A model generated the notes under the pieces. It saw only the letters and a list, made by a program, of their open reading frames with translations. It did no database searches and was not told where the DNA came from. Shown piece by piece: positions 59,935 to 64,000 of a stretch of 64,000 bases of DNA. Positions within the stretch are counted from its first letter, which is position 1, and each line of letters opens with the position of its first letter. A program made the position numbers and the translations under genes. The DNA is from an uncultured bacterium. GTDB lineage: Bacteria; Krumholzibacteriota; Krumholzibacteriia; Krumholzibacteriales; Krumholzibacteriaceae. The DNA lies in contig CAWFAD010000008.1 of assembly GCA_963813815.1 (NCBI GenBank), positions 175,208 to 239,207 of the forward strand, in the 5' to 3' direction.

Positions 59935-61697
59935 CTATTTACCGCTATCTCTCTCCTGCTTCGCGTACTCGCCTTCCTTCTCGCACTGCTCGACCTGCGC
60001 GAGCATCTGCTTCCCGTTCTCGTTCTCGGGATTGAGGGCGAGGGATTTCTCGTAGAGCTTGCGGGCCTTCTCGCACTTGCCGGCCGCGAGCATCGCCTCG
60101 CCGAGGCTGTCGTACGTGTTCCACGCGTCGGGATACATGTCGACGTTCATCTTGAGCACGGCGATCGCCTCGTCGAGCTTCTTGTCGAAGAGGAAGACGT
60201 ACCCGAGGGTGTTGAACTCGCTCTCCTTGAAGTAATACTCCTCGTCCCCCGACTCCTTCATCTTCTGTGCGAGCTTCAAGCCGGCCTCGAGGCCCTTCTT
60301 TTCGATCGCCCGGTACACCTGCGCGGCCGCGGAGTTTTCCTGAGACTCGATCTTCGCCCAAGTGAGCTTGGTCTTCTCCTCGGCGCTCATCTTGGACATC
60401 TTTTCCTTCTCGGCCATTTTCAATTTGAGCTCCGCCTTCTCCTCGGCGCTCAGCTTTTCCCATTCGACCTTTTTCATCTGCTCGAGCTTATCTTGATGCT
60501 TCTTTTTTCTCCGCCGTGAGTCCTCGCTCTCGAGCATCTTCTTGAGCTCGCCTCCTTAGCGTGCTTCTTGAGCGTCTCTTCCTTCTTCGTCTTGTCGCAC
60601 TTCTCCTGCGCCTGGGTCTCCCAGATGCCGGAGATGGAGAGCGGAATAACGATCGAGGCGAGCAGCAGGCACGACACGACGCCGGCCCGGCGCTTGCCGC
60701 GATTACGATCGATCTTGGGGTCGAGGATACACATGATTCGCTCCTTCAGGTTCGAGCCCTGAGAAACTGTCGATAGCTGCCAGGCCGGTCCGCGCTGCGC
60801 GCCGAGCTTCGCCGCGATGTCCATGAGGAACATCGCGTACTCGGACGGCTTCGCGCCGGCGTTGAGGACCGCGTCGTCGCAATCGCGCTCGCGTTCCACC
60901 CGGAGCGACCGGACGGCCGCCCAGACGAACGGATTGAACCAGTAGACGCTGCTCGCGACGAGCACGAGGACCTCGATGAGCCCGTCACATCGTTTGATGT
61001 GGGCGAGCTCGTGCGCCAGAATGTACCGCCGCCGGGCGCGGGGCCACGACGACGAGCCGGCCGGGACCACTACCGCGGGATTGATCGCTCCGACCGTTAC
61101 CGCGGCGTCTATCTCGCGCGATTCGAACACGCGCACGCATCGGGAGATTCCGAGTCTCGCGCAGGCGTCCCCGAGAAGGTCGCGCCAGTCCTCGTCGACC
61201 GCCTCGCACCGCCGGAGAATTCTCCGGGCGGCCGCGGTGCGGACCGCGAGCCACAGGAGACTGAGGACCACGCCCGCCGCCCAGGCGAGAAGAAGCCACG
61301 CGGGCCACCCCGCGGCGCTTCCGCCCGTCGCGGGTCCGGCCGCGCCGGCGCCCTCGCGCGCGGCGTCGTCGAGCCCGGCCATCGGGTCCTTCGCTCCCCC
61401 GACGGGGAGGACGACCACGGACGTCCCGGCGTCCCTTCCGAACCAGCCGCCGATCTCGGGTATCACCGGAAGGCTCCAGGGCGGGGAGATGAGCTGCGAG
61501 AGCGGGAGGGCGAGCAGCACGACGAGCGTGAACACCCAGACCATGCTTCTCGCATACGCCGACGATCGCCGGAGGAGCAGACTCGCGAGGCCCGCTCCGG
61601 CGACGACGATCGCCGCCTTGATCGAGACGTCGATCACGAGCCCGAGCATCCGGGACCAGGGCGCCCCGGCGAGCCAGACATCCATCATCGCGCCCAT
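59935..61697 (-). CDS. BlaR1-like M56 peptidase with C-terminal TPR domain; frameshift near 60555 as assembled
   Basis: ILAHELAHIKRCD, YWFNPFVW, ERERDCDDAV; C-terminal fragment NTLGY...NTYDSLGEA...YEKSLALNPEN. Confidence 0.85.
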
Positions 61698-61698
61698 C

Positions 61699-62092
61699 TC
61701 AGCGCCCGTCCTTTCGAGACTGCTCGATGAGGTCGAGAATCAGTCTCCGCTCTTCTTCCGTGAGGTTCGCCTCGCCCTTCTTCAGAATGGCGATCACGGC
61801 GGCCGCCTCCGCGCCCTTGAAAAAGGCCTCGAGCACGCCGTCGAGCGCCGCCTTGCGCGCGCTCGTGAGCGGAATCGTCGGGTAGTAGATGAACTTGCCC
61901 TTTTCCGTCTCGTGGCTTGAGGTAGCCCTTTTCCTCGAGAACGTTCAGCATCGTGCGCACGGTCGCGTTGGCGGGTCTACCCGGCAGGCGCGCCATGACC
62001 TCGGTGGCCGTGGCCCTGCCTAAACGGTATACAACCTCCATGATCTGGCGTTCCCTGCGTGTGAGCTCTTTCAAATCCGCGTTCTTGTCCAC
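61699..62092 (-). CDS. BlaI/MecI/CopY family repressor; frameshift near 61915 as assembled
   Basis: LTRRERQIMEVVYRLGRATATEV...TVRTMLNVLEEKGYL; CAGGAGG RBS with GTG start. Confidence 0.85.
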
Positions 62093-62183
62093 GGTAACCT
62101 CCTGCAAAACGCTGCCGCCGGCGGACTGGTGCCCGGAGCGCCGCCCATCGGGGCCCGGGAGGCGCCCGTCAGGGCTGCGGAAC

Positions 62184-62242
62184 GTTTAACATGTTAAACA
62201 ATTCTCATGTTAAATATTTAACATCTCTGGGGCGCTTGTCAA
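62184..62242 (-). promoter_or_regulatory. Promoter with two perfect palindromic operators
   Basis: GTTTAACATGTTAAAC (62184-62199) and ATGTTAAATATTTAACAT (62207-62224); minus-strand TTGACA at 62237-62242. Confidence 0.72.
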
Positions 62243-62380
62243 GGGGGAAATTGAAAATATTTGGGGTGGCACCGCCTTGACTCCGGCCCGTCGCGGCCAT
62301 ACCATTGCCCCTGGAAGACCGTGGCGTTGCGCCCCAGCCGGGCGCGCACGCAACGGACACAGGTTGGGAGGTGGTGGCGG

Positions 62381-62760
62381 ATGGGAAGCACAGCCCGCAA
62401 GAAGTCCGATCCTCGAACGTCAATTATTTCCCCGGAAAGAGTACGAGAGCAAGATACTACTCATTCGAGGCGAGAAGGTTATCCTTGATGCTGACCTTGC
62501 CGCGCTCTATGGCGTCACTACAAAGCAACTGAACCAACAGGTGAAGAGAAATCATGAGAGATTCCCGCCTGATTTTATGTTTCGGCTGCTTCCGGTCGAG
62601 AGGACCGAGGTGGTCACAAAATGTGACCACCTCGCCGACCTGCAAGGTACTCCAGAGTGTTGCCCGGCTGTCATTACCGAGCACGGCGCAATTATGGCCG
62701 CCTCGGGCCAACACCCCTCGCGCCGTCGAGATGAGCGTCTTCGTCGTGCGCGCCGTGTCA
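62381..62760 (+). pseudogene. ORF6N-domain DNA-binding protein, frameshifted and C-terminally truncated
   Basis: ILLIRGEKVILDADLAALYGVTTKQLNQQVKRNHERFPPDFMFRL, TEHGAIMAA, AVEMSVFVVRA; then runs into the convergent gene. Confidence 0.75.
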
Positions 62761-63423
62761 GCGGCTGCGATCGACGAGATCGAGGGCGCGCTCGCCGCGG
62801 GAGAGGAAGGCGCGGATCTCCTCGGGCTTGACGCGGTGACCCTCGCGATAGAGGAGAAGATACCCCGGGCCGCCATCCATGCAGAGATTCCGTTCCTTCT
62901 CGAAGAAGGCGATGAGGTCGCGGCCGAAGAGCCGCCGAATCTCCTGCTCGTCCTCCCCGCGCAGAAAATACATCTTCGAGAATTCGGGATGCGCTTCGAA
63001 GTCGATATCGTTATAGCCGATCCACGCCCCGACCTTGTGCCACACCCGCTCGGGACGGAGGCAGAATCGCGTGAGCGCCCGCCCCTCGAGGTCGAAGCAG
63101 AGCACGGTCTGATGGCTCGTGTGCCTGTTCTTTCCCGAGCCCGTCGTGTAGCGGTAGTCGAAGATCGCGGCCTTGCCGTCGCGCGTCGAGCCTCGCAGGA
63201 GATTCGTCATGCGCTTCGAGTGGCCGATGGAGAAAAGATGAAAACCGTCGAGGCCCGAGAGGAGCGCGCCGTCGCCCTCGGGCGAGAACGAGAAGCGCAG
63301 CTCGTCGGCGACGTGCTCGAGGGCCTCGCGGCGCTTCTTGCCCAGAAGATGGCTGTGGTAGGCGAGGCCGCCGAAAAGAGCAGCGGCCGCCATAACGGCG
63401 AGCGCAACCACGAATGGACTCAT
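62758..63423 (-). CDS. Hypothetical protein with N-terminal membrane anchor
   Basis: CAGGAGG RBS; TM segment; FDYRYTTGSGKN, DIDFEAHPEFSKMY. Confidence 0.7.
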   Translation of the reverse strand: MSPFVVALAVMAAAALFGGLAYHSHLLGKKRREALEHVADELRFSFSPEGDGALLSGLDGFHLFSIGHSKRMTNLLRGSTRDGKAAIFDYRYTTGSGKNRHTSHQTVLCFDLEGRALTRFCLRPERVWHKVGAWIGYNDIDFEAHPEFSKMYFLRGEDEQEIRRLFGRDLIAFFEKERNLCMDGGPGYLLLYREGHRVKPEEIRAFLSRGERALDLVDRSR

Positions 63424-63448
63424 AGCCGCCTCCTGCGCAAGGCGCCGC

Positions 63449-64000
63449 CTACTTCGGGCAGTACGTCACGACGAGCGAGGGGATGTAGTCCCCCGCTCGA
63501 CGCGCGCGGTTTCTTCCTTCTTGCCGACCGTGAAGGCCGCTTCGGCGAGCTGGTAGCGATTGCTCGGCCAGTGCATGACCTCGACCTTCGCCGTGTAGCG
63601 GCCGGGCTTCACCGGCTTGCCGTCGAGGCCCTTGCAGTCCCACGCGTAGACGTAGTGGCCGACGTCGATGCTCGCGCCCGTCACGGCGTCAGCCCCTTCG
63701 AACTTCGAGATCTCGGCCCAGACGGGGAGCGTGACCTGCCTCCCCTTGACGTTCCCGGCGAACCCCGAGACGAAAACCGTCTTTACGTGAGCGCCCGAGG
63801 CGTCCTCGATCCAGATGGCTACCTGCGGGGCGAGCTCGTCGCGGAAGCCGAGCACGAAGTCGATCGAAACGAACGGCCGCGGCTGCTTCGAGAGGTCAGG
63901 GACCGCGACGACCGGACGCATCCCGGCCATCGCCATCGCCGCGGCGTCGCTTGCGGGGTACTTCGTCGCGACGTCGAGCCAGAAGCGCATCGCCTGACGC
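63449..64000 (-). CDS. DUF2271-like domain protein, C-terminal part (5' end beyond window; frameshift near 63480)
   Basis: PQVAIWIED, TLPVW, DAVTGAS, WDCKGLDGKPVKPGRY. Confidence 0.7.

Overview
High-GC bacterial chromosomal window. It probably comes from an anaerobic, peptide-fermenting diderm of the FCB-related candidate phyla (Krumholzibacteriota/Latescibacterota-like). This is inferred from three secreted proteins with a QNxPNPFNP...K(V/M/L)(V/L)LLR FlgD-Ig/T9SS-like C-terminal domain. Housekeeping and metabolic genes include hom, a Met/Cys PLP lyase with an Lrp regulator, nadE, glgC, pckA, pyk, iorAB and sodB. There is a dense set of exported peptidases (M16 pair, M1, two tricorn S41), two BlaI/BlaR1(M56) modules each with its own pair of palindromic operators, and several beta-barrel proteins. 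Three regions stand out: (1) a ~3 kb lower-GC four-gene island at 51.0-54.0 kb (DpnA-like adenine methyltransferase, MutH/Sau3AI-like protein with Asn at the catalytic Asp position, putative HhH-fold glycosylase-like protein, HNH-like protein), a candidate undescribed defence system; (2) an operon of two thiolase-fold proteins that both lack the nucleophilic Cys plus two DUF35 proteins; (3) a candidate sigma54-driven structured ~195-nt ncRNA at 25.35-25.55 kb. Many genes beyond ~39 kb carry single-base frameshifts, most likely assembly errors. No rRNA, tRNA, CRISPR array or transposase was seen. All calls come from motif recognition by eye; no searches were run.
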